DNA from: an uncultured Chloroflexia bacterium
GTDB lineage: Bacteria > Chloroflexota > UBA6077 > JACCZL01
DNA length: 64,000 nucleotides
Direction of reading: 5' to 3'
Assembly: GCA_963765765.1 (NCBI GenBank)
Contig: CAVXYC010000020.1
Span: forward strand, 512,001-576,000
Below the pieces are notes generated by a model. It made no database searches, had not been told where the DNA came from, and was given only the letters and a program-made list of their open reading frames with translations. Numbering within the stretch: position 1 is the stretch's first letter; each line of letters begins with the position of its first letter. Positions 53,861 through 64,000 of this stretch are shown piece after piece. A program made the position numbers and the translations under genes.

Positions 53861-54991
53861 CCGATGATGTGGTGATAATCGGGGCGTCCAGCGCAGGGCT
53901 GTTCACAGCCTATGAGCTGGCACGCCACGGAGTCCCGGTTCGCGTCTACGATCAGGCAGAGCGACTTGCCCCGCCCGCGCGGACCTTGATCGTCACCAGC
54001 GAGCTGAATCGTGTGCTGGGGTTCGTGCCGGAAGGCAGCGATAACGCACCGAGTCGAGCGGTTCGAATTCCGCTCAAACGGCACGTTGGCGAGACTCGAG
54101 CTGCGCGATCCAGACCTGATTATCGAGCGGGCCGCCCTCATCGGCCTTCTGGCTGAAAAGGCCGCCGGCGCGCGGCGCTGACCTGCGCTTCGGCCAGCGT
54201 TTCGCCGGCTTCGAGGATCGACGGCAACCACGCGATAGCACACCTACAGCGACGGGGAACCGAGCGGACCGAGCGTGTGGGCGCGCGCTTCGTCATCGGG
54301 GCGGACGGCGCCCACAGCGGCGTGGCGGCCGCTCTCGGCCAGCCGGACCAGGCCACTGTGACCGTTCTCCAGGCGCGGGTCGCGCTCCCTTCGGGCGCCG
54401 ATCCGGCGCTCTCCCAGGTCTGGTTCAGCCCTCGCGAGACCCCGTACTTCTACTGGCTGGTACCCGAGTCGGACGGTTCCGCCGCCATTGGCGTAGTCAG
54501 CCCAGGCCCCCGCGACGCGCGGCCCAGACTGGATTGCTTCCTGGAGAAACACGGCTATCAGCCACTCGAGTACCAGGCCGCCCTGATCCCCGGTACCGAC
54601 CCGGTCCCACGCCCATGATCTCGCTAGGCCGCACCCGCGTCATGATGGTCGGGGACGCGGCCGGGCACGTCAAGGTCACCACCGTCGGCGGGACGGTGAG
54701 CGGCCTGAGCGGGGCCCGAGCGGCAGCGCGGGCCATCCTGCGCGAGTCTGGCTACCACCGCGAGCTGCGGCCGCTCACCTTCGAGCTGACCCTTCACTGG
54801 CTGATCCGCCGCCTGTGGAACCGGTTTAGCGAGGAGGACTACTAACGCTGCTACGTTCGATGAACGAGCGTATCAGCGCCATTCTCCGGTCCCGAAACCG
54901 CGACCAGTGGAGCGGCGCCATCTGGCCTATCCTGGTAGCCCGCCCCCACCTGGTGGCGCTAGCCGCAAGAACGGCCATGAAAGCTAGATGA
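53857..54991 (+). CDS. Geranylgeranyl reductase-like FAD-dependent oxidoreductase (frameshifted)
   Basis: DVVIIGASSAG, VIGADGAHSGVA, YFYWLVP, VGDAAGHVKVTTVGG. Confidence 0.75.
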
Positions 54992-55057
54992 TGAAGCTGT
55001 CGCCGAGCGTTTCAGTAACTGAAACGAGCACTGGCGTTCGAGCAGGATGTCTCACAG

Positions 55058-55948
55058 GTGAGCGTCCGCGCACTCCGACGCCTTTATCTTCCCCTGGGCA
55101 GACTACCGCGCCGCCGGGGCCGTGCCGGATGCGCCGCCCAGCACGATCATTCGCCCGTCCAGCGGCGTCCCCAGTCTGGATCTCCGCGCCCTCTGGGAAT
55201 ACCGCGAGCTGCTCTACTTCCTCGACCTGGCGCGACATCAAGGTTCGCTACAAGCAGACCGCCCTCGGCGCCGCCTGGGCTATTATCCAGCCGCTCTTCA
55301 CGATGGTCGTGTTCAGTCTGTTCTTCGGCCATCTCGCAAAGATCCTTCAGATGGCGTGCCCTACCCGCTCTTCAGCTACACCGCCCTGCTGCCCTGGACG
55401 TACTTCGCCTTCGCACTGGGTGGCGCGTCCAACAGTCTCGTTGGCAGTGCCAATCTGATCAGTAAGGTCTACTTCCCGCGACTGGTTGTCCCTATCTCGA
55501 GCGTCCTGGCCGGGCTGCTGGATTTCGCCATCGCCTTTGCCGTGCTGATCCTGCTGATGCTCTGGTACGGCGCCTTCCCAACTCCGGCCATCGTGTTGCT
55601 GCCGCTCTTCCTCCTCTTATCGCTGGTCACCGCGCTCGGGGTTGGTCTGTGGCTCTCGGCGCTGAACGTGCACTACCGTGACGTGCGCTATGTCATCCCG
55701 TTTCTCACCCAGGCGTGGCTCTTTGCCACACCGGTTGCCTACCCCAGCAGCCTGCTCGAAGAACCCTGGCGTACGCTCTACGGTCTGAACCCATGGTGGG
55801 CGTGGTGGAGGGCTTCCGCTGGGCGCTACTGGGAACGAATCCGCCCGGCCCGATGCTTGCCGTTTCCGCCCTCGCTTCGGTCGCGCTGCTCATCACTGGC
55901 GCCTTGTACTTCCGCCGCATGGAGCGCACCTTCGCGGACGTGGTATAG
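55058..55948 (+). CDS. wzm: Polysaccharide ABC exporter permease (frameshifted)
   Basis: LWEYRELLYFL, DIKVRYKQTALGAAWAIIQP, KVYFPR, YRDVRY, LNPM. Confidence 0.88.
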
Positions 55949-56049
55949 GCTATGAGCTCCGCACACTGTCTTGACCCAGGCTCCACGGCAGGGAAGACTG
56001 ACTGCCCGGAACAACGGCGCCACCGACCGCACGGCAGCCCCAGAGTCCG

Positions 56050-57140
56050 TTGGCCGCACAACGAGAGGCTCCGGGCACGATCCGCTCATGCAGACGAATG
56101 CGTCCATCTGAGTGGGCCTCAGGGGTAATTCTCAGCGTCGCGATGGCAGTATTTCTGTGCTTTGTCTCCAATAATCTGGGGTCTCGCTTCGTTCACCGCG
56201 CTGAGACCATCGATCAGCAGTTGGCGATCCTCGAGGGGAATGAGTACTACTTCGACGGCGCACCCACATATTTCTCAGTCTTCCAGAACCGCGTCTTGTT
56301 TCCGGGCACTCTTAAAAAGTGCGAGCGCTTTCCCGCTTCTGTCCGTTTCGCAGTGGTACCTGTTTCTCCGCTTCCTGACGGCTTTCGCTGCCATGATGGT
56401 ATTTTGGATGTTCCTATCCCGCATGATCGGGGCAACGAGAAAACTTGCTGGCGGTGGGTTGCTGCTTCTGGCGTATTCGCTGGTCTTTACATTCAACCAT
56501 GGCTGGGAGCACCCGACCGATTTTCCTGACGTCGCACTTACGACAGGCATTCTGTGGGCTTCAATGGCAGGATCCAGAGTAATCATGATCGCACTCGCGT
56601 TTTTGATGTGTTTTAATCGAGAATCGTCTGTCTTTTCAGGGATGATCTGGTTCTTTATTAATGGATTTCATGCAAACGGTCGTATCAGGCTTTCAGAACT
56701 GGTATTTTCCGTTTTCACTTGCCTTGCTATGTACGGGATAGTGATGCTAATCAGATACGTCTATGGTGGCCCCAGGGTGTTCGAAGATTCGAATTTCTAC
56801 TGGTTGGCGACTGGTCCAATGCGAATCGGGGATGCGATTCTATCTGCCATGAGAAATCTCAATCCTTCCTCATGGCCCTTGCTCCTCGTGGCAATGCTAG
56901 CGCCCTGTCTGGCCTGGATCTGCTCAAATTGGTCGGCACTGGATCAAGTTACGATTCGTATCCTCATAGCCGCGGCTGCCACGTTCGTCATTTCAGTCTC
57001 GTTTGGCCAGATCAGCGAGCTACGTGATGTGACCACATCGATAGTGCTACTCGTCTCGGCAGCCGTGATCCTCGAGCGGAAGTCCATGGAACACCGGGGC
57101 GGCGAGCTGGGACGAACTACGCGAGCTCGCCGCAATGAGC
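56050..57140 (+). CDS. Multi-TM hypothetical membrane protein between wzm and wzt (frameshifted)
   Basis: Hydrophobic stretches, [14 protein letters not shown]; visibly lower GC. Confidence 0.55.
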
Positions 57141-58493
57141 GATGTCGCCATACACGTCGAGGGCCTCGGCAAGCGCTACCGAATTGGCCAGCGCAAACCA
57201 CACAGAGACCTGCGCGAAACGCTGGCTCACGCTTTCCACGCTCCGTACCGCGCGCTAACGGATTCCCTTTCCCGTCGGGAGCGGGATTCGGTGAGCGGCG
57301 AAGACGGGCCGGTCGAATGGCCCAGCACCATCTGGGCGCTGAAGGATGTCATCTTCGAGGTCAAGCGCGGCGAGGTCGTCGGCATCATCGGCCGCAACGG
57401 CGCCGGCAAGAGCACACTACTCAAGATCCTCTCGCCGCATCACCGAGCCGACCGAGGGCCAGGTCGACGATCCGCGGCCGGGTCGGCAGCCTGCTCGAGG
57501 TCGGCACCGGCTTCCACCCCGAGCTGACCGGCCGCGAGAACATCTACCTCAACGGCGCCATCCTCGGCATGAAGCAGCGGCGAGATCGACCGCAAGTTCG
57601 ACGAGATCGTCGCCTTCGCCGAGGTCGAGAAGTTCCTCGACACGCCGGTCAAGCGCTACTCCAGCGGCATGTACGTGCGCCTGGCCTTCGCCGTCGCGGC
57701 GCACCTGGAACCCGAAATCCTGATCGTCGACGAGGTGCTGGCGGTCGGCGATGCCGCATTCCAGAAACGTGTCTCAACAAGATGCAGAGTCTTGGTCGTG
57801 AAGGCCGAACCGTGATTTTCGTCTCTCATGATCTATCCGCGGTCACTCGTCTCTGCCAGCGGTGCGTCCTGCTAGACGAAGGCTTGGTTCAGCAGGAAGG
57901 CAGTGCTAGGGACGTGGTAGCGCGATATCAGTGGTCCGGAGATTCTCTGCCAGGCAGCTTCTGGGAGCCCGCGCAGAAATCGCCAAAGCGCGTCGTTCAG
58001 CTACTTGGCGCCCGAGTCGTGCAGCGCAGTGGAGAGACTATCACGGAGCTGGATATTCGACAGGACGTTGGAATCGAAATAACGTACGACGTCGCCACAC
58101 CGACTCTCATTGCGCCTAATGTGCATCTGTACACAAACGACGGCACATGCGCATTCGTCTCGATCGATAATTCTGAACAATTCCGCCACTCGCCCCGGCC
58201 TATCGGATCTCAGATTAGTACTGATCCCCGGAAACTATCTCGCCGAAGGCCTTTACCTCGTCACTATTGCTCTGACCACCCTTGTTCCATTTAGAGTTCA
58301 TGTCGAGGAACGGGACGTGCTCGCCCTAAATGTGATTGACACCATACACGGGGACTCAGCTCGTGTCGATTATGCCGGATATCTTCCCGGCGTCGTCCGC
58401 CCGCTCCTGCGCTGGGACCACAGATTGAACCCAAATTCACCGCCTCCAGCCCTTCCCGGCCCTCAAATCACTGTAACGACTGGTAAGCCATGA
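57135..58493 (+). CDS. wzt: Polysaccharide ABC exporter ATP-binding protein with Wzt C-terminal domain (frameshifted)
   Basis: [58 protein letters not shown]. Confidence 0.88.
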
Positions 58494-59231
58494 CCTACGT
58501 CGAACGACTCACACCAAATGGCATAGGTTGGGCTGAACACGGTGCCTTTCACATGCAGCGTTATCGCTATGCTGCGCCGAATGGTGTTTGGCCGAAGCGT
58601 AGCCGATATCGGCTGTGGAACTGGTTTCGGTGCGAAGCTTCTTGCAGACGCAGGAACAAACGAAGTGACCGGGTTCTACTTCTCGAAAGAAGCTCTCGAA
58701 TTCGCTCGCGCCCAGTATAGCCACCCCAAGTCCGGGACGTTCAGTGGGACTGCCAAGAGCTGCATCCGCTGCACGGTCCATTCGACGTGATCACTGCCTT
58801 TGAAATTATCGAACATCTCGCAGATCCTGCCGCGATGCTCGCAAATATCCCACATTGACTCATCAAGGCATTTTCCTCTGCAGCACACCGAATCGGCTCA
58901 CTAGTTTAGAAACATCCACCGCCCAACCAGCCAATCCGTTCCACGTTCGTGAGTATGATTACAACGAATTCTCCAGCGAACTCCTTCAGTATTTCAGAAG
59001 AGTCCAAATCCTAGGTCAGGACTTTCCGCCACCTATAAGTCGATCCATGATAACCTGCACACGATTTATAGTAATCCGTTCATTCGCCTTGGCATCACGC
59101 TCCAACGACTTCGAGGTCACTCTAACCTCAGCTACTTGACGAGAGACCACCGTTCTGTGACCGAAGCCGATTGCTGTATCAGCATATGTAATCTTACATC
59201 ATGCAACTTTCTATTTGCCATATGTCAGTAG
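58490..59231 (+). CDS. SAM-dependent methyltransferase (frameshifted)
   Basis: HMQRY, DIGCGTGFG, FEIIEH, STPNR, NPFHVREY. Confidence 0.75.
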
Positions 59232-59244
59232 GTAACTACTAGCG

Positions 59245-60240
59245 TTGACTCACATATCAATCCTTACGACCTCCCACAACGGTGCAGAGTTCATAATTAT
59301 GTCTGTGGCTAGCATACTCCAGCAGGACTTCACAGATTGGGAGTACTTAATTCGTGATGACGGTTCGACCGACGATACACCATCATTATTGTCCTCAATT
59401 GATGACAGCAGGGTCAGAATCATTTCAGACGATCTTGGACATATAGGAATAGGGAGTTCCATTAATGTCTTACTTAGTCATTCGAAAGGATTATATGTCG
59501 CAATTCAGGAGCAAGATGATATTTCCTACCCGAATAGACTCAGAACGCAGTGTGATATCCTGAGTTCATTTCCAGATGCCGGGATTACATGCGGTCAAGG
59601 TGTCCGTATAAATCGCTTGGGTGCGTATTCACACAATATTCCTATAGAATTAGTTGATATAACAATCAAGTACCGAATGCTTTTTGACAACCCTCTATTC
59701 CATGCGTCCGTGATGTACAGAAAATCTTTACTAGATGAAGCGGGTGGATACACAGTCGATCCGAGATTCTCGTATTGCGAAGATTACGAATTGTTTTCTC
59801 GGCTGCTCCCTTTGACGATGACTCACAACAGCACGAAATGCCTCGTAGCCTGGCGTCGTCATTCTGCCAGCGCATCGGAAGCGCGGACTAAAGATCAGGA
59901 ATCAAGCAAGGCGAGGATAAGAGATAGAATCGTTGGTTCTGTTTTTAAGGACTCCTATCAGCGGCAATGTTTTGACGCATATCTCGCCTTATTTGAGTCA
60001 CCAAAGGGCGAGCATGGTCCGATAAGCTCGGGCATGCTCAGTTATGGAGTTGCCGGGCTCATATTTCTGATTGATGGGCTAGCTGATGCTTTTCGTGTCA
60101 ACGTGGCAGAGTTACGGGAATTTAGGAATCGGTTGCTAGTTAAGTGCGGCAAGCACGTCATTCGATTAGTGGTTGACCCGAAGTCGCCTTTGACCATCGA
60201 AACGCGGCGCGGGGGGCCGGTGAAGCCTTCCGTCTCGTGA
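59245..60240 (+). CDS. Glycosyltransferase family 2 (low GC)
   Basis: DDGSTDDT, QDDISYPNRL, HASVMYR, EDYEL. Confidence 0.85.
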   Translation: MTHISILTTSHNGAEFIIMSVASILQQDFTDWEYLIRDDGSTDDTPSLLSSIDDSRVRIISDDLGHIGIGSSINVLLSHSKGLYVAIQEQDDISYPNRLRTQCDILSSFPDAGITCGQGVRINRLGAYSHNIPIELVDITIKYRMLFDNPLFHASVMYRKSLLDEAGGYTVDPRFSYCEDYELFSRLLPLTMTHNSTKCLVAWRRHSASASEARTKDQESSKARIRDRIVGSVFKDSYQRQCFDAYLALFESPKGEHGPISSGMLSYGVAGLIFLIDGLADAFRVNVAELREFRNRLLVKCGKHVIRLVVDPKSPLTIETRRGGPVKPSVS

Positions 60241-60454
60241 AATGGGGAACTGAGGGGAGAGGATCCTGCCGAAGGCTAGAGTTGAGTTCGAGCGATGGAT
60301 AGAGTGTCATCACTGGCGGCTTCACCTGCTTGGGGTGAGTAACACGTAGACTAGAAGCTGCTCGGCAGCACGGCAGATGAAGCTTTTGCATCAATCCGCA
60401 GGCTCGACTTAAACCGGTGTCCTAAGTGCCGAACGAACTGGTCATTGCACTCTT

Positions 60455-61682
60455 ATGAAAATTGGCTTCGTATCGAGTATGGAATGGGTGCCCTGGGGCG
60501 GAAGCGAAGAGCTGTGGGCGGAAACCGCGCGGGAGGCTCGTAGGTCGGGAATTGAAGTGACGGCTTCTCTCCTGGAGTGGCCGGTGGAAGCCGGACAAGC
60601 TGTTCAACTTACGTGAACTGGGCACGCGGTTTCTATGGCGTCAGCGGAATTACCGGGGACGGTTGCGGCGAACAACGCGGCTATTGGTCAGAATGCTCCG
60701 AAAAGCTGGGCTTCCGTCGCAACTTCTCGAGTACACCTGCGAGAGTCTGACGTCGCCATACCGCGCGGATTCAGCACGCACATTATGATGTCCTTTGCGT
60801 CAGTCTCGGATCAACCTACGACGCAGTGACCTCAACAGATCTGAGGCGTCTACTTCTCACTGTGAAGATTCCCTACGTTCTCATATGCCAGCTTTCGTTC
60901 GACAGCACCGTCCTATCCGATGAACTTCGCGAAGATGCCAGGAAAATCTTCGGCGCTGCATTCCCGGGTGTGTCTTCGTGGCGGCCAATAACCTCGACGC
61001 AACCCAGCGTCAGCTCGGAATAACGTTGCCGAATGCCACGGTACTCCAGAACCCGGTGAACCTCGATGATGTCAGCGCGGTGCCGTGGCCGCAGTCACCT
61101 GTGTGCCACCTGGTATCTGTGGCACGCCTCGATAGTTACCAGAAAGGGCAAGATATCTTACTGGAGGCGCTCAGCGCGCCCGCATGGCGCGAACGTGGGT
61201 GGCGACTTCGCCTTTACGGGGAGGGTCGGGATCGTGCGCATCTTGAAGCACTGACGAGGCAATACGGGCTCGGCGGCAGGGTCGAATTCATGGGTTTCGT
61301 CGAGGACGTTCGGGGAATCTGGGAGCAAGAACACCTGCTCGTGCTTCCGTCGCGCGCCGAGGGGACGCCTCTCGCTCTGATCGAGGCGATGGTGTGCGGG
61401 CGGCCTGTGGTGGCTACTGACGTGGGAGGAAACGCCGAGTGGGTCGAAGACGGCCGCACCGGTTTCATCGCTGCCGCGCCGACCGCGCGCTCTCTGAATC
61501 ATGCGTTGGAGCGCGCGTGGGCCGCGCGCGCGCAGTGGGAGAACATAGGGAAGGCAGCCCGTGCATCTGCCCTGGCCAAAATCGATCCCACACCTGGTAA
61601 GACCCTACTGAAGCTGTTGCAGTCTGCATTGGCGAGCCGGTCTGGTCAGGCGCTTCTAGCCGGGCCAGTAGCTCATTCATAG
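60455..61682 (+). CDS. Glycosyltransferase family 4 (frameshifted)
   Basis: Starts MKIGFVSS..PWGGSEELW; KGQD, PSRAEGTPLALIEAMVCGRPVVATDVGG. Confidence 0.85.
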
Positions 61683-61691
61683 AAACATGAT

Positions 61692-62801
61692 TTGCGAATG
61701 AGCGTTACCGTAGCCATCTGTACCCATAACGGTGGGAGGCGCCTTCCAGACACTCTGGCGCACCTCGCGCGCCAGGTTGTCCCTGAAGGTGTGCCGTGGG
61801 AGGTACTCATTGTCGACAATGCCTCCACTGACGACACTCAAGAAGTGGCGCGGCGGAGTTGGCCGTTTCCGCCGCCAGCTCCAATGACGGTGGTGTCCGA
61901 GCCTGAAATCGGCTTGAGCAACGCCCGGCGTCGCGCCTTTGACTCCGCTCGATACGATCTAGTCAGCTTCGTGGACGACGACAACTGGGTCGAGGCAAAC
62001 TGGGCCAATCTCGTAGTGGACGTGATGGCCGAACATCCTGACGTGGCGGCGTGCGGTGGCCAGGGCGAGCCCCTTTCCGACGGCGACCTGCCGAGCTGGT
62101 TTTCTCGCCACGCGGTCTGCTACGCGGTCGGACCTCAGGCGGAGAAGTGCGGGGACATCACCGATAGCCGCGGTCATCTTTACGGTGCAGGACTGACAGT
62201 TCGGAAATCCGCTTGGCAGCAGCTTGTAGCTTGGGGATTCACATTCAAGCTGGATGATCGTCGCGGTCGTCAACCAAGTTGTGGCGGAGACACGGAGCTC
62301 TGCTTAGCGCTGCGGCTGGCGGGATGGCGACTCTGGTACGAACCACGGCTGCGGTTCCGCCATTACCTACCTCAACAGCGCTTAACTTGGGAGTACCTGC
62401 GATCCTTGCACCGCGGATTTGGCGCCGCTTCTGTCAGCATCGACGCTTACACTCGACTAATGGATGGCTCCTATCGTAGGAGATCGCCAATGAGATCCTC
62501 CTGGCAATGGCAAGCATTGTTGTCGCTTCATATGCTGATCTATTACAGGAGCGCCTGGGCGGGGATCTTCGGCAAGGCTTTGGAGGGCAATGACGAGATT
62601 CTGCGAATCGAGGCGGTCCTTGGGCGCACCCGCGAGCTGTTGCGTCAGCGTGAGACCTATAACGAGAGTCTTGCACTCACACGCAACGTGGCATGGGTGC
62701 TTCACCCACACCAGCATCAGGTGACGAGCTCCGAAGGCGCCACAACTCGCGAGAACAAAGGAGTCGCCAGCGAGTCACGGCTCAAGGAGACAGCCAGGTG
62801 A
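61692..62801 (+). CDS. Glycosyltransferase family 2
   Basis: VAICTHN, VDNASTD, GLSNARR, FVDDD. Confidence 0.9.
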   Translation: MRMSVTVAICTHNGGRRLPDTLAHLARQVVPEGVPWEVLIVDNASTDDTQEVARRSWPFPPPAPMTVVSEPEIGLSNARRRAFDSARYDLVSFVDDDNWVEANWANLVVDVMAEHPDVAACGGQGEPLSDGDLPSWFSRHAVCYAVGPQAEKCGDITDSRGHLYGAGLTVRKSAWQQLVAWGFTFKLDDRRGRQPSCGGDTELCLALRLAGWRLWYEPRLRFRHYLPQQRLTWEYLRSLHRGFGAASVSIDAYTRLMDGSYRRRSPMRSSWQWQALLSLHMLIYYRSAWAGIFGKALEGNDEILRIEAVLGRTRELLRQRETYNESLALTRNVAWVLHPHQHQVTSSEGATTRENKGVASESRLKETAR

Positions 62802-62865
62802 GTATTCCCATGGGATTTGGCGTACTCCGGGAGTACATTCGACTTTCAGTATTCGGATGTGAAGA

Positions 62866-63831
62866 ATGCCGCCAAGAGTCGCCGTCCTGATCACGTACCA
62901 CGACGAGCGCGAGCTCCTCGGTGAGTGCCTCCGGTCGCTCATCATGGGCGAGGATCGACCCGACGAGGTCCTGGTGCACGATGACGCATCGGCGGAGCCG
63001 GCTGTCGCCTATGTCCCAGCCAACATTCCGGTCAGCATCATTCGCTCTGAGACGAATCTCGGCCCGGCCCGCGCTCGTAACGCCTTGCTGCGGGCGAGCA
63101 GTGCTGACTACGTCCATTTCCACGATGCGGATGATCTGTTTCATAACGACTGGTCTTGCCGCGTGCGTCAGGCGAATTGGAACGGGCGATCTGGACGCTG
63201 TCTTTACCGAGATATCTGCCTTTGACGAAACGGGGCATTCTCGGGAGCGCGTCCTGGGTCTGGACCGGTTGACGGATGGCCTCGATCTGGTGCAATTCTG
63301 CATTGAGGGCGCGATGCTTGTCCCGGCGGGAACGTATCGTCGAAGCGTGGTGCTGGCGATCGGCGGCTACCGCGAGGAGCTCTGGCAGTCGGAGGACTTC
63401 GACTTCCACGTGCGCCTGGCTGCCTCCGGCATCCGATACGAAGTCATTACCGATCCCCTCGCAATGTATCAGAATTCGGCCCACCGGGCGCAGCCAGAAT
63501 CGTGAAGAAGTCTGGTCATCGGGGGTTCAAGCAATCCGTCTGCTTTCCGAGGAGCTGCCCCGCCAGTATCGCCCAGCGCTTGCGGACGCCGCGGCCCGTG
63601 CGGGATCCGTTCTGTTCCAGCTCGGCGCACGCAACGAGGCCCGCGCCGCATTCGAGCTGGCGATGCGCCTCGGCCCTCTCTCCTTCAGTCACCGGCGACG
63701 GTTGTATCGAGCCCTGGCGACAGCCTTCGGACCCAAGCCGCGGAGTCCCTCGGCATGTGCTACCGGGGTGTGCTCCCCGAGCCGCTCGTCGTCTGGTCGC
63801 CAGTTGTGGGTCTGTGAGACGCGAGCGGTGA
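62866..63831 (+). CDS. Glycosyltransferase family 2 (frameshifted)
   Basis: HDDAS, NLGPARARN, FHDADD, SEDFDFHVRLA. Confidence 0.8.
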
Positions 63832-64000
63832 AAGGTTCGAGACGCGCGGCTGATAGGCTAATCATCTGGGGCGCATCGGGCCACGCGCTCGTCGTCACGG
63901 ACATCATTCGTCTCGTGGGGCAACACGAGATCGTCGGGTTTCTCGATGACCTCTATGCCGGCCCAGGCTTGACCAGGCGAGTTTCGCCAGTACTCGGTGG
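63828..64000 (+). CDS. PglD/NeuD-family sugar acyltransferase (partial, runs off window)
   Basis: LIIWGASGHALVVTDII...EIVGFLDD from GTG at 63828. Confidence 0.75.
   Translation, partial: MKGSRRAADRLIIWGASGHALVVTDIIRLVGQHEIVGFLDDLYAGPGLTRRVSPVLG

Noticed and set aside
56162-58294. 710-aa ORF as a membrane protein-ABC fusion
   Set aside because: It alternates between real and out-of-frame segments of two genes because of indels.

Overview
GC-rich bacterial window. The lineage is probably Chloroflexota-like, inferred from Thr/Pro-rich lipoprotein linkers and gene content, not proven. Many genes are split by single-base indels, which may be long-read errors, so several coordinates are approximate. 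1-28 kb: catabolic and transport region with two TctA permeases, three TctC-type binding proteins, two molybdenum-hydroxylase large subunits (one with FAD and 2Fe-2S partners), two amidohydrolases (one LigY-like), an LLM oxidoreductase, MFS transporters, a KaiC-like ATPase plus histidine kinase pair, an IS4-like element and an IS remnant. 28-36 kb: intact core genes uvrC, murE, a J-like protein, thrB, aspartate kinase and a LysM protein. From tRNA-Thr(CGT) at 36061: a decayed phage-satellite-like element (integrase, terminase small subunit, excisionase, Prim-Pol fragment, second recombinase remnant). Its cargo includes a DUF3800 gene preceded by a promoter and a ~170-nt rod-shaped candidate ncRNA, and an orphan ABC binding-protein gene bracketed by two dif-like palindromic sites. 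44.7-64 kb: a surface-glycan cluster (O-antigen ligase-like, flippase-like, GT2/GT4/ArnT-type transferases, Wzm/Wzt, geranylgeranyl-reductase-like) running off the window end. The best candidates for an undescribed system are the DUF3800-ncRNA pair and the dif-like cassette.
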